NCBI RefSeq assembly: GCF_001194135.2
Contig: NC_068981.1
Coordinates: forward strand, 100,365,318 to 100,429,317
DNA: 64,000 nt
Reading direction: 5' to 3'
DNA from: Octopus bimaculoides
Lineage: Eukaryota
Numbering within the stretch: the first letter of the stretch is position 1; every line of letters begins with the position of its first letter. The position numbers and the translations under genes are program-made. Under the pieces are notes generated by a model. That model worked only from the letters and a program-made list of their open reading frames with translations, made no database searches and was not told where the DNA came from. Positions 52,517-63,950 of the stretch are shown in pieces.

Positions 52517-55500
52517 TGTAGCAAACTCATAAGAGGCGGAGAGAGAACGTAAGTTCGTTTGCCCGAACATGAGAAATTATTGATTTCTCATTGGTTAAAA
52601 ATTACTGCCCATATACGAATCATGAACTTCGTTGAAGATATCTTTCATGGGGCTACGGTTCTATGATTCGTGTATGAGTAGTTATAAAAACCCTGATTTT
52701 CGGCAAAATCTCCAGTGATCGTTGGACGTTACTCAAGTCCGCGACACTCACCCTTTTCAATACTCAAATTCATGTTCAATACTCAAATCCGACAATACTG
52801 AATTGTCGTGAAACCTTATTAGTTAGAATGAGAAACTAGTTAATGATAAATTTAAGTCGTAAATTCTCTACGATGAAATGCTTTGTTTCTGAATTTCTAT
52901 AAATGTAAAAATATGTATATATAGGAAAGTAGGTTATACATCATTAGATGTACACCACTTTCCTATATAAAATTAAGAATATAACGGAACACTGAACTCC
53001 AGACTATCAACTTAAACAACATTTATTCAGGTGGTAAATATATACATCTTTAGCTCTTGTTTGTTGTTACAGCTTCTGTGTGTGTGAGCATAGTTGTTGG
53101 GACGTTGGTATGTAGATGTAAGCAAGCTGTCGAGCGTAAGTTCGAAAGATGGAGGGAGACAGCTAAACACGTCCATGCTCAATCGCTGGCCAGCAAGAAA
53201 GAGACAGAATGAAGCGGGAAAGCTTGCTTGTTGAATTCCACGCATGTGTGAGACTACGCATGCACACGGCGTTACTACAGGGCTCCCTTGCCAGTGCGGA
53301 AACGCACGATAANNNNNNNNNNNNNNNNNNNNNNNNNNNNNNNNNNNNNNNNNNNNNNNNNNNNNNNNNNNNNNNNNNNNNNNNNNNNNNNNNNNNNNNN
53401 NNNNNNNNNNNNNNNNNNNNNNNNNNNNNNNNNNNNNNNNNNNNNNNNNNNNNNNNNNNNNNNNNNNNNNNNNNNNNNNNNNNNNNNNNNNNNNNNNNNN
53501 NNNNNNNNNNNNNNNNNNNNNNNNNNNNNNNNNNNNNNNNNNNNNNNNNNNNNNNNNNNNNNNNNNNNNNNNNNNNNNNNNNNNNNNNNNNNNNNNNNNN
53601 NNNNNNNNNNNNNNNNNNNNNNNNNNNNNNNNNNNNNNNNNNNNNNNNNNNNNNNNNNNNNNNNNNNNNNNNNNNNNNNNNNNNNNNNNNNNNNNNNNNN
53701 NNNNNNNNNNNNNNNNNNNNNNNNNNNNNNNNNNNNNNNNNNNNNNNNNNNNNNNNNNNNNNNNNNNNNNNNNNNNNNNNNNNNNNNNNNNNNNNNNNNN
53801 NNNNNNNNNNNNNNNNNNNNNNNNNNNNNNNNNNNNNNNNNNNNNNNNNNNNNNNNNNNNNNNNNNNNNNNNNNNNNNNNNNNNNNNNNNNNNNNNNNNN
53901 NNNNNNNNNNNNNNNNNNNNNNNNNNNNNNNNNNNNNNNNNNNNNNNNNNNNNNNNNNNNNNNNNNNNNNNNNNNNNNNNNNNNNNNNNNNNNNNNNNNN
54001 NNNNNNNNNNNNNNNNNNNNNNNNNNNNNNNNNNNNNNNNNNNNNNNNNNNNNNNNNNNNNNNNNNNNNNNNNNNNNNNNNNNNNNNNNNNNNNNNNNNN
54101 NNNNNNNNNNNNNNNNNNNNNNNNNNNNNNNNNNNNNNNNNNNNNNNNNNNNNNNNNNNNNNNNNNNNNNNNNNNNNNNNNNNNNNNNNNNNNNNNNNNN
54201 NNNNNNNNNNNNNNNNNNNNNNNNNNNNNNNNNNNNACAGAGGACTCCTTTTATTTAAACGTGTCACACGGTCGAACACAAAATATATATCAATGATGAT
54301 ATACAAATAATGTTATACTTCGATAACATAGATTTCGTAAATACCAGTAATGAGACGATAGAAAAAAACCGTATGAAATGAATAACAAGAGATATTTAGT
54401 GTGGCATAAAAGATGTATGTGTATGTGAGAGTGTGAATGCGACATATAAGAACATAATAAAAAACAGGCCATCTATATGTATGTGAGATATCACAGCAGA
54501 TAGAAAGTCAGTACATGTGAGAGTTTTATACCAAGTTCTTGAGTACACAATAGTATGAGTCTGTATGTGAAAGAAGTGAGGTGTATGTTTGGCAGAGCTT
54601 ATCACTAGTTGTGTTGACTATGGTTGGAGATGATGCTGGTTAGTAGTAATTGTAGAATCGTGTTGGTCATGACGATGATGCTGGTTAGTAGTTCAGTCTC
54701 CATGGCCGCATTTGTTCTTTAGTCGGGTTCACCAGTTATAGGTTAGTAGTCCAGAATCCTTGCTGCGTTTGTTTCTTAGTCGGGGTCACCACTTTATAGG
54801 AAAGTGGGTTGTTGAATTTTTCAAGTTGGCTGCGTGTTTGAATCACGTCGGGGGTCACCACTTTATAGGAAAGTGGGTTATACATCATTAGATGTATCCT
54901 GACTTTCCTATATAATATTAGAAATTAACGGAACGCTGAACTCCAGACTATCAACTTAAACAACATTTATTCAGGTGGTAAATATATACATCTTTAGCTC
55001 TTGTTTGTTGTTACAGCTTCTGTGTGTGTGAGCATAGTTGTTGGGATGTTGGTATGTAGATGTAAGCGAGCTGTCGAGCGTAAGTTCGAAAGATGGAGGG
55101 AGACAGCTAAACACGTCCATGCTCAATCGCTGGCCAGCAAGAAAGAGACAGAATGAAGCGGGAAAGCTTGCTTGTTGAATTCCACGCATGCGTGAGACTA
55201 CGCATGCGCACGGCGTTACTACATATATAATAAATTAATGTAGAAACTTAATTCCATTTACTTCTCGTTTCTTTCAACTTGTTGAATTTATTTCTGTATA
55301 TTAATGAAACTGTATTTTTTTATGTATAACGGTCAAAAAAATATAATTTATATCTTCAACATACATGCACGTAATAAACGCTCACCCAGCGTCTTGTCAT
55401 GTATACATCATAACATTTATGCAGCCTAAACTAAACTAAGAGTTATGCTTAGTGATAAATACTTATAATTAAGTTATAAGTAACGATATAGCTTTTAATT

Positions 55501-55627
55501 AATAAACAATAATATTCGTTATAACTTACGAATGAAAACATTATAAATAAAGATATAGTATATCTCACATTTCAACGACCTATTGTGATAACAAACAACC
55601 AACATAAAAAAACTGGTGTCCAACCTG
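52517..55627 (+). mobile_element. Putative LTR remnant (52517-52919 plus 55224-55604) with a decayed PBS, inserted in the Gypsy integrase
   Basis: Begins TGTAG exactly at the integrase breakpoint, has a TATAAA-like box and ends ...CAACA. It is followed by TGGTGTCCAACCTG (55614-27), which differs at three positions from the tRNA-Lys1,2 PBS TGGCGCCCAACGTG. Confidence 0.45.
52920..55223 (-). mobile_element. Short LTR retroelement with 360-bp LTRs (55223-54864 and 53279-52920), tRNA-Trp PBS and a 4-bp TATA TSD
   Basis: The LTRs start TGTAGTAACG and contain AATAAA. PBS TGGTGACCCCCGACGTGAT (54860-54842) lies 3 nt from the 5' LTR. A weak purine tract GGCAAGGGAG precedes the 3' LTR. TATA flanks both ends. 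The interior is partly a gap. Confidence 0.85.
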
Positions 55628-57600
55628 TTATACACATAAAAACTTGTTTAGAATATATGCCGTCTTTTCCACAGTGCCTGCCCTCAATTCCCTCCAAATA
55701 GCCATCTGGCCCAGCCCACAATCAACCATCAAAAGATACGTTCCCTGCCGGTAGCGTGTTACATCCACTGCTAGTCGTCTCCAGTAGTGCTCTACCGAAA
55801 TATTCCCCTGCCCATGCACACCGGAGCAGGGTCAATGGATTGACACCTGTCACAGTGCCCAACCACCTTTTGGATGCTCTGTCTGGTAATGTCAGCATCA
55901 ATCCTCTTGTTCAGATACAGGGTCTTATCCACACCAATATGATGCATGGCATGCAGTCACCTTAGCTCAGAGTCATTTAACTGACACACCGTGGCTACCC
56001 CTTGCTTCAATTCTTCCGGCTCCCCTAACCAGGCCTTTTTTACCCTGGTTAGAGCATCTACCTTGTCTCTCTCTGAAGGCACAAAGACCACATTCTGGTT
56101 CAGGTCAAACTTGCCAAGCAACTCCCCTAGAATCCTTAGGTGGCACTTCACTAGCATTTCTGCATCACACCATACAGTCCCGTTATCTGATTTGGGCACA
56201 TGCCAGTTTCCTCTGACTGGGTATTCCGCTCTCGTCCTCTCCAGGATTTCCTGCATCATCACCACTGTCCCCTCTCTCACTTTGTCACTCCAGTTCTCTC
56301 CTTCTGCTCGTCTCTTGGTGTAACTGCATGCCATATACAGCCATCCCGCAATCGGGTAGTGACCTACTAATTTCCCGCACATTGAGAACAGTTCTCTCCT
56401 GCTGATATTGGTACCCAGCTCCAGGATTTCGTTCCCCCAACAAAATACCAATTCACCTGTTCTGTCTCAAAAGCTTAAGCCTCAGTGCAGCTCCTCCAGC
56501 CATTGGCTCTGGTGGCTTTGCAATCATCCCAAATTTCTTCAGATGTCTCATAATCTCTGTGGCAGGCACTACAGTCTCATCCACTAGGATGTCATCTATT
56601 TCGGGCAATATGCCTAGTCTGTTTGCACCAATAGCAAACCGGTCCAGGCTCCGCACTGTCCCTCACCATGTGTGGTCCTTGGCAGTTAAAACACCAGCTT
56701 GTGAATGGCTGCTGTTGTTCCACAGTGGGCCTCTTTCATCCTTCACCAGCCATCATGCAGTGGCGTGGGCTTCTGCAGCCACTATCACCACTGCCTTCCA
56801 CCCGGTGTTCTCTGTCAATGCGCGGACTTGAACGATGAGCTCGCTCATTGCCATTTTTTTGCTGCCTAGCAACTGTTGTAGTCACACCGACACGTTGTCG
56901 GAAAAGTTATTCACAAAGGCCAGTCACGCTACTTTTTTAAGTCCCTCCGTAGCGTATTCATTGACCTGTTCCCCTCTCCATCTGATCATTCCCAGCTTAG
57001 CAAAAGCAGCGTATTCTCCATCTGCGTAAGTCTCTCTCAAGTGGTGCTTGATCGTCGCCGTGCTCAGTTGTTCTTCTTCATCCATTTCCTCCAAATACAA
57101 TGCCATGAGGATCACTACATCTTCAATGCCTTGTAACCTGGCCACAACTTTGACCTTTCAAATCCAGGCTACTATGTCACCGTTGCCATAGAAAGATCTG
57201 ATGACATCACTGCCGATCTTTAACTTTGCTGCCATCATATATCAAGGGGACAACAACGTCTGTATACAATTGCCATGATAGCTTGTCGTGCATGGGAAAT
57301 GAAAAGGGGTCCACCTACCTTCTTCTCTCGTCTGTGTCTGTCTAGTAGTAGTCACTCTGGTGATCCTGCCCTACATGTCAACTAATATAAGCAGCTGTTA
57401 TCTGACCAACCCAGGAGCCCGACCCTGTCCTATCTCTCCCACACTTCCCTTCTCACACTTCCTCTTCCAGTTAGTCCCTTGACCATTGATATCATAGCCC
57501 ACTTCTTCCAGCTCATCCCCACAATGATTACAGTGGCAGTGCTCCAGCATAGCCACAGCCTTCGAGCTGAAACATATAAAAGAATATGTGTTTGTGTGCG

Positions 57601-57639
<39 letters not shown>

Positions 57640-57669
57640 TTATTTATATATATTTAATTTTTTGGATTA

Positions 57670-58100
57670 ATGGGTATATGTCGATTAGTGTGTTGAAGTG
57701 TTGAGTAGAGCACTGGCACAGTTTGGGTTACCTGGTGTCATCCGCAGTTGGGGTATATTTCCGTTGGATTTACTTCAGGAACTCTACAGTGTTAGTTGAG
57801 ACAATAATAATTATTTCTTAAGTAACGAGAAGATGGAATTTTTATTTTGTACAACGGTGGTTTCGACCTCTTGGGACTCCGTTCAAAATGTGTTGCATCA
57901 GTTTTCCAGTCTGAGTCTCATCAGGTACATCTGTACATAAAGGTTTGTGTCTCACTAAAGATCCTGAGTTTTGGCTGTCATGTTGTCATATGCTCGTCTG
58001 GTTAGGGAATGCAACATCGCTACAATTTTCAATTTCTATTATCTTTCTTCAATAAAAGTTGCAAACACTTGTAAATATAGACAAATAATTGTTGATAAAG
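57670..58100 (-). mobile_element. PLE fragment (thumb remnant KIVAMLHSLTRRAY) followed by a hammerhead ribozyme
   Basis: The minus-strand peptide resembles the PLE post-RT thumb. A complete HHR motif lies about 30-50 nt downstream. Confidence 0.6.
57848..57929 (-). ncRNA. Type I hammerhead ribozyme motif (intact core)
   Basis: TGTAC-CTGATGA-GACT...GGTC-GAAA-C(CACC)G-TT-GTACA: 5-bp stem I, stem II closed by G-C, minimal stem III, GUU cleavage triplet. Confidence 0.75.
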
Positions 58101-59101
58101 AAAAATGAAAAATAAAAATTTTATAGGGGAGGTTAATGAATGGACAGGGATGGATTGAGTTACATTGGGTTTAAGACAGGAATAATATTAGAAGGAAGGA
58201 AGGAGAGAGAGATATATGCAGACTGTAATGTTTAGGGGCAAAAGGTTGTTTAGCTAGCTTAGATCAAGATGTGTATACACGCATATGCACACACACTCTC
58301 GCTCGTACACGCACTCACACAAGGGACGTTGGCCCAGCCGCCCATATGGTCAATCACGGCTGTAGTTCGGATAATTTGTGGTTGGAAGATAACCTTATGA
58401 GGAGTGTGTCGTCATGCTCACCTCGAGACTAGGACAGCTTACAGACAATCAGATTCGCTCCACGTCTATATCACTGAGGGTGAATCACATACCCCAACTC
58501 CCATATATACACACATACACACTTGCATACATACACTTACACATACATATATACATACACATATCCATATGTATGTAGCTACACATGCATATACATACAC
58601 CCCTATATACATACATATATTTTTGTATATACACACGCGCGCGCCTACACACCTCACACGTGTATACATATACCCATACATATACATACACACACATATA
58701 TATTTACACACGTATATTTATATATATATATATCTACCCATAGATATACATGTATATACACACACACACGCACGTGCATATGCGATCCACATACATGCAT
58801 GTACGCATATACGCACACATACCTCGTCCCACCCTACTCACACACACAGATGCACATGTATACATATATCTACACTCACACACACAGATGCACATGTATA
58901 CATATATCTACACTCACACACATGCACTCATACACATTCCTGCATCCCAATTAGACACTGGATCTCTACTGCCTCGTTAGTTTTTCAAACAGTAACTATT
59001 TGTTAGTAAACATTATTAATATTATTATACAACTGCATTCTAAGGTTACGTATCTGAACATGTATGAACATCAATATCTGCACACAAGATGTAAAGATAT
59101 A

Positions 59102-59299
59102 CAGGGTGTCCACAAAGTCTGGGTACACGGGGATTAGCACATACTTTTAAAATAAAACAATTTTATTTAATTATAATGTTAAGAAATAAATTTGTAATCT
59201 TTATCTCTTTCAACATACCCCAGAAAAAGAAGTCTTATATTTAATTGTTTATGTTATGATTTTATTTACTCCATGTACCCAGACTTTGTGGACACTCTG
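59102..59299. mobile_element. Tc1/mariner-type MITE (198 bp)
   Basis: TA-flanked TIRs: CAGGGTGTCCACAAAGTCTGGGTACA and the reverse complement of TGTACCCAGACTTTGTGGACACTCTG (1 mismatch). Confidence 0.92.
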
Positions 59300-60709
59300 T
59301 AGATAGGCATATTTTGCCTCTAGATAATTCATCTGTTAGAGGCTATGCTTTAGTACCTTTAAGTTTGCATATTTTAGTGACTCATGGTTGTGTTCCCTCC
59401 CATGGTATCATATAGGAATATATATAACTGTCTGAACAACAATTTTTTTTTTCTCTTTGCTATATCAGTCTATTACGTTTTTGAAAAATCTATATTCTAG
59501 TAACAAAAAATACCGTTAAGCATTTCGCCTGGCGTGGTAACATTTCTGCCAGCTTGCCACCTTACTGACAGGATGATATTGATATCATATTGATAATATT
59601 GATATTATAGTTCCATATCTGTGCAGTTGAAAGTAGCGCTTTATTTAAAACTGATGTAATGATTGCATTGTTCAATTAAATGGAACTGCTTGAAATGGTC
59701 GTAATGCATTACTACTTGAAATCCTGTTACATATTTTGATTTTATATGTGTGTGTGTGTGTTTAGGTGTGTGTGTGTCTGTCTGTTTATCTCTACCACAC
59801 CACCACATGACGACCAGCTTTGGTTTGTTTATATACCCATAACTTAATCATTTGGCAAAGATCGATAGAATAAATATTCCAGGTTTTAATCCTTCAGCAT
59901 TTAAATCAACCACATCCAGCCCAAATATTCACCCTGCTTTATTATTATCACCTCAGCTAGGTCTGGCCTATCCTACAATGTCTTTCTAAAAAATAAATCA
60001 GTCAAATCATTGAAATCTCAAAGCTACGATATAATGCATGATTAATTCAAAACAGCGTGAACATGCAAGCTTTATTTTTGATAGAGTCATCTGAATGTTA
60101 AAGGGCTGAACACAAAAATTTCCCTGAAGACTATCTTAACCCTTTCATTACCAACCTGGCTAAAACCGGCTCTGGCTCTGAGTACAAATGCCTTGTTTGC
60201 ATAAGTTTTGAATTAAAATCTTCTACCAAACCTTAGCCACAATTTATGTTCCTAACACTAGCTGAATGATAACTAAGTTATTTTAATAAATTCTTTGTTA
60301 TATTTAAAGTAATTGAAAGAAACACAGAGCATCTAAAAATAAATACAGTAACGAAAGGGTTAAAACACAATGAAAACTAAAGATGCAAGATTTAAAAAGC
60401 CAAAACAGGATATACCTAAACCTGATTGTCTGTATCAGGGCCTTCGTTTTCAGCTATGAATAATTAAAATGGATAACCAAAATAACCAACATTAACAATT
60501 ATAGTTAAAGACATCATCTAAAATACATCACTCCTGCAGTTAAGATTTTATTTGCATCAAAACCAAATACTTTTGTTGTGATATTGCAAAATTTATAATT
60601 GCTAGGTAAAATGTTCCAAAGTAAGATGTCATAAGCAAACTAAGAAAAAAAGATTACATCTGTATTGGGAGCAATTTAGAGATATGTAGAATCTAAGAGC
60701 ACAGTGTGC

Positions 60710-60970
60710 ACATCGTCATCATCACCATCATCATCATCATCATCATCATCATCGTCATCATTTAATGTCCGTTATCAATACTGGCATGGGTTGGATGGTT
60801 TGACCAGGGCTGGTAAGCTGAGGGGCTGGATCAGACTCCAGTCTGATTTGGCATGGTTTCTACAGCTGGATGCCCTTCCTAATGCCAACCACTCCAAGAG
60901 TGTAATGGGTGCTTTTACGTGCTACCAGCACATGTGCCATTTGCATGACACCAGTATCTGCCATGACTAT
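60710..60970 (-). mobile_element. RTE-family 3' end with (GAT)n tail. Other pieces at about 5430-5560, 16520-16640, 24790-25000, 43650-43750, 46290-46470
   Basis: Recurrent GCATGGGTTGGA.GGTTTG...CTGGATGCCCTTCCTAATGCCAACC block next to (CAT)n/(GAT)n. The same sequence ends the LINE fragment at 32040-32800. Confidence 0.7.
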
Positions 60971-61625
60971 AATTTTGTAGTTGATAATATTGTTGATGGT
61001 GGTGATGATGATGATGGCAATAACGATACTGATGGTTATCACAATGATGATGATAATACTGAAGACAATGACTGCAACAATGTTAACAAGAATATTGAGG
61101 AAGATGATGATAATAATGATGACAAGCATTGATGATAACATTGATGATGTTAATGATGATGATAATAATGATGACAGCACTGACAATGACGACAATGATG
61201 ATGATGATGATGATGATGATGTTAATGATTGTGATGATAAAGTATAAAAGATGATGACATAATATCCTCACAGAGCATGAAAGAAAATGGATATGAAACT
61301 GGCAATCAGGAGAAGGAAGAGCTGCAACAGCAAAAGGTAGAATATCTAATGCACAACTAAAAGTATACTCATTGAAAAGTGAAGGGGCTGATCTACGATG
61401 AAATACAATTATATAGAAAATTATTGCATGTTAATTGGAGTGCATTGCAAAATGCATATATGATATTAAAGTTGAAAGGAAATACTTTAAATTCGGATGT
61501 CATCTATCTCAGTAGAGCTGGGGATAGGTAAAACAAATTTCAAATTATATATGTATGCACATGGAAGTATATATACTTACATATATAGACTCAAAAACAT
61601 ACATGCACACAATTATATAGTCTTG

Positions 61626-61662
<37 letters not shown>

Positions 61663-61899
61663 ATAATAATGATGACAAGCATTGATGATGTTAATGATGA
61701 TGACAATAATGATGACAGCACTGATGATGATAAATTCAAATTACGACAAATGTAAACATACAAACGAAGTTTGCTTTTAGAAGCGTTGAGATGTCTTAGA
61801 AAGTTAAAGAAGTGATTTTTAAATTCTCAAACGCTAATAATATAGCAGGGGTAGTTTATCCTGTTCATGCTATATTATTAGCATTGTCGAATAATGATG

Positions 61900-62560
61900 A
61901 TGATAAACTACATAGGGTCCACAGGATTATCACTCAGACGCAGATGCACTCTGCACCGACAGCAGATTGCATGCCTAGAATACAGAACGATACCTTTTAG
62001 TGAACACATTGAGAAATGTGCAAAGCAACTGCTACCACAATTTGTAATCTTTCCATTTTATTGATGTGCCATTGGAACACCAACACAAGTTAGATTAAAT
62101 AAGGAAACCTACTTCATTGAAAAATATAAGCCAAAACTTAACCATTTCTAACATTTTTAAATAAGGAAACTTACCTTATTGAAAAAAATATAAAGCAAAA
62201 CTTAACCACTTCTAACATTCTATTCTTTCTAAACCAAATCATGTTAAATTAATAAAACCTAGTCATTCCCAACATTTTCGATTATCTCCCTTATACCGAA
62301 AAAATCCCTGATCACCTTCCCCTATCTGGAACTCTCATACTTCACTTCATAGCGAAGAGATGATACAATATCGGTAATAAAATTGGAGAAATTTGAAAAT
62401 AAAATGCGAAACCAGTTATTTCTCCAAAAACAATGTTACTTTACATAAAATTTTATAACATTTTCCTAACATAACGATTTAAATATATTCTTTAACCATA
62501 CAACACAAGTCATCCAAAGTTTTTTCACTCTATTTTGTCTCTTATACATCCAACCACGTT
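61900..62560 (+). mobile_element. PLE GIY-YIG endonuclease fragment and 3' region
   Basis: Reads YIGSTGLSLRRRCTLHRQQI...IPFSEHIEKC...FVIFPFY...RLNKETYFIEKYKPKLN, paralogous to 662-980. Confidence 0.85.
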
Positions 62561-62578
62561 TTCGCATACCAACTCTCT

Positions 62579-62624
<46 letters not shown>

Positions 62625-63287
62625 AGACCAAAATGTATGTACGCCACTATATGTTTTATAGATAAAAAATACAAAATGGGACAAGAACGCAAAACATCCA
62701 GACAGTTAGGTGATACAAAAAAAGGGACAACAAAATGTCGAGATCGACGATACAAAGAAAACAAGGACGGGTCATTCAGAGTTTTCTTTCCTCAGTCGAG
62801 TTCCAGATTATCTTTGCAATTTCAGCTGGTTATACTTGAGATTGCTCCAATCTGGCCAGCCCCAAGGAAAAACTAAGCTAAGATCATTAGATTCCTTGGA
62901 AGAAAGCAGCAAATATATATGTAAACAAGGACGGAGGAAAAATGGAGAATGTTACACAAACACAAATAACAGGACATAACAACATGTGTGGAAGTAAAGC
63001 CTTACAGTAGGGATACTAGATTTCACAGGCACAGGGAGGAATATAGATGTTGCATGGATGGCAGCCGAACCAAGAAAGATCAGGCTTGGCTGAACACTGG
63101 TCATGTGGGGAGAGAAGAGAGAGAGGTAGAGGCAGAGGGACAAAAGAAATAAGGAGGGGGCAAGAAAAAATGACATATATATATATACTTTATTAAAAAG
63201 CAGCAAAAATATCACAAAAACTGTTACTCAAAGTTTCATGTTCCTGTTCATCAGACAATCATATGAATGTATGTATATGTATATATG

Positions 63288-63319
<32 letters not shown>

Positions 63320-63357
63320 TACACACACATACACACACTCATACTCACACACACACA

Positions 63358-63395
<38 letters not shown>

Positions 63396-63950
63396 CTCAT
63401 ACACACACACACATAGACACATATAATTATGTATGTATATGCAAGAATTTAAACTTCATGTAAGTACAGTGGAATACACATAATGCTGTATTTATTGTTT
63501 CAGTATGTTGTTTATATCATGCTTCAGATTGCATTGCATATCACATAAACATTTACACATACATTTGTGGCTACATATGTAAATGAATTTGTGAACATAT
63601 ATAAATGCATGTAGATAAAAATTTTAAAAAAACATTTAGTGAAGAGAATATGTGCATATGCATGTATTTTAATACAAATATCTGCAGGTGGTTTTCAAGC
63701 TGCTATGATAACATGAAGTATAAATAAAAGAAAGATATCCTGGTACAGCAGTAATGTGGCAATTATATATGGCTGCTTGAAGCATATGAAATTAACTCTA
63801 TGATGAGTGAATAAAAGACAACACAGCAATAGTAACAACAACAACAATAATAATAATCATTACGTGTGTGTTTCTCTATATATGTGCATATATGTACATA
63901 AACTCACACATGTACAGACATACACACAGGCATATATACACATATACACA

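Larger units (their letters stand above)
52262..57522 (-). mobile_element. Deleted Ty3/Gypsy-like LTR retrotransposon (putative 5' LTR ~57522-57280; gag ~57235-56700; RT/RNase H remnants 56650-55960; integrase 55820-55643 and 52516-52280), interrupted by nested LTR elements
   Basis: gag-like MAAKLKIGSDVIRSFYGNGDIVAW. RT remnant (Y/E)IDDILVDETV. RRELFSMCGKLVGHYPIAGW. Integrase core WRRLAVDVT...FLERGPADELLMDNSTAF...YRPSGNGIVERHHQTIK. Confidence 0.88.

Noticed and set aside
47816-54310. Very long ORFs (160-351 aa) in the ORF track, plus those at 14889-15223
   Set aside because: They run through N gaps and TA/CA microsatellites, so they are artefacts.
58404-59006. 200-aa His/Thr/Tyr/Ile-rich ORF and many similar HT/YI/CV/LS-repeat ORFs
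   Set aside because: These are translations of (CA)n/(TA)n/(CT)n microsatellites.
60980-61730. Asp/Asn-rich ORF 60704-61132 and duplicated GATGATAATAATGATGACAAGCATTGATGAT blocks
   Set aside because: This is an RTE 3' end fused to a (GAT)n simple repeat with a local duplication, with no evidence of coding.
62765-62800. CTGAGGA...GAATGACCCGTC hammerhead-like string on the minus strand
   Set aside because: GAAA is incomplete and there is no stem I pairing.
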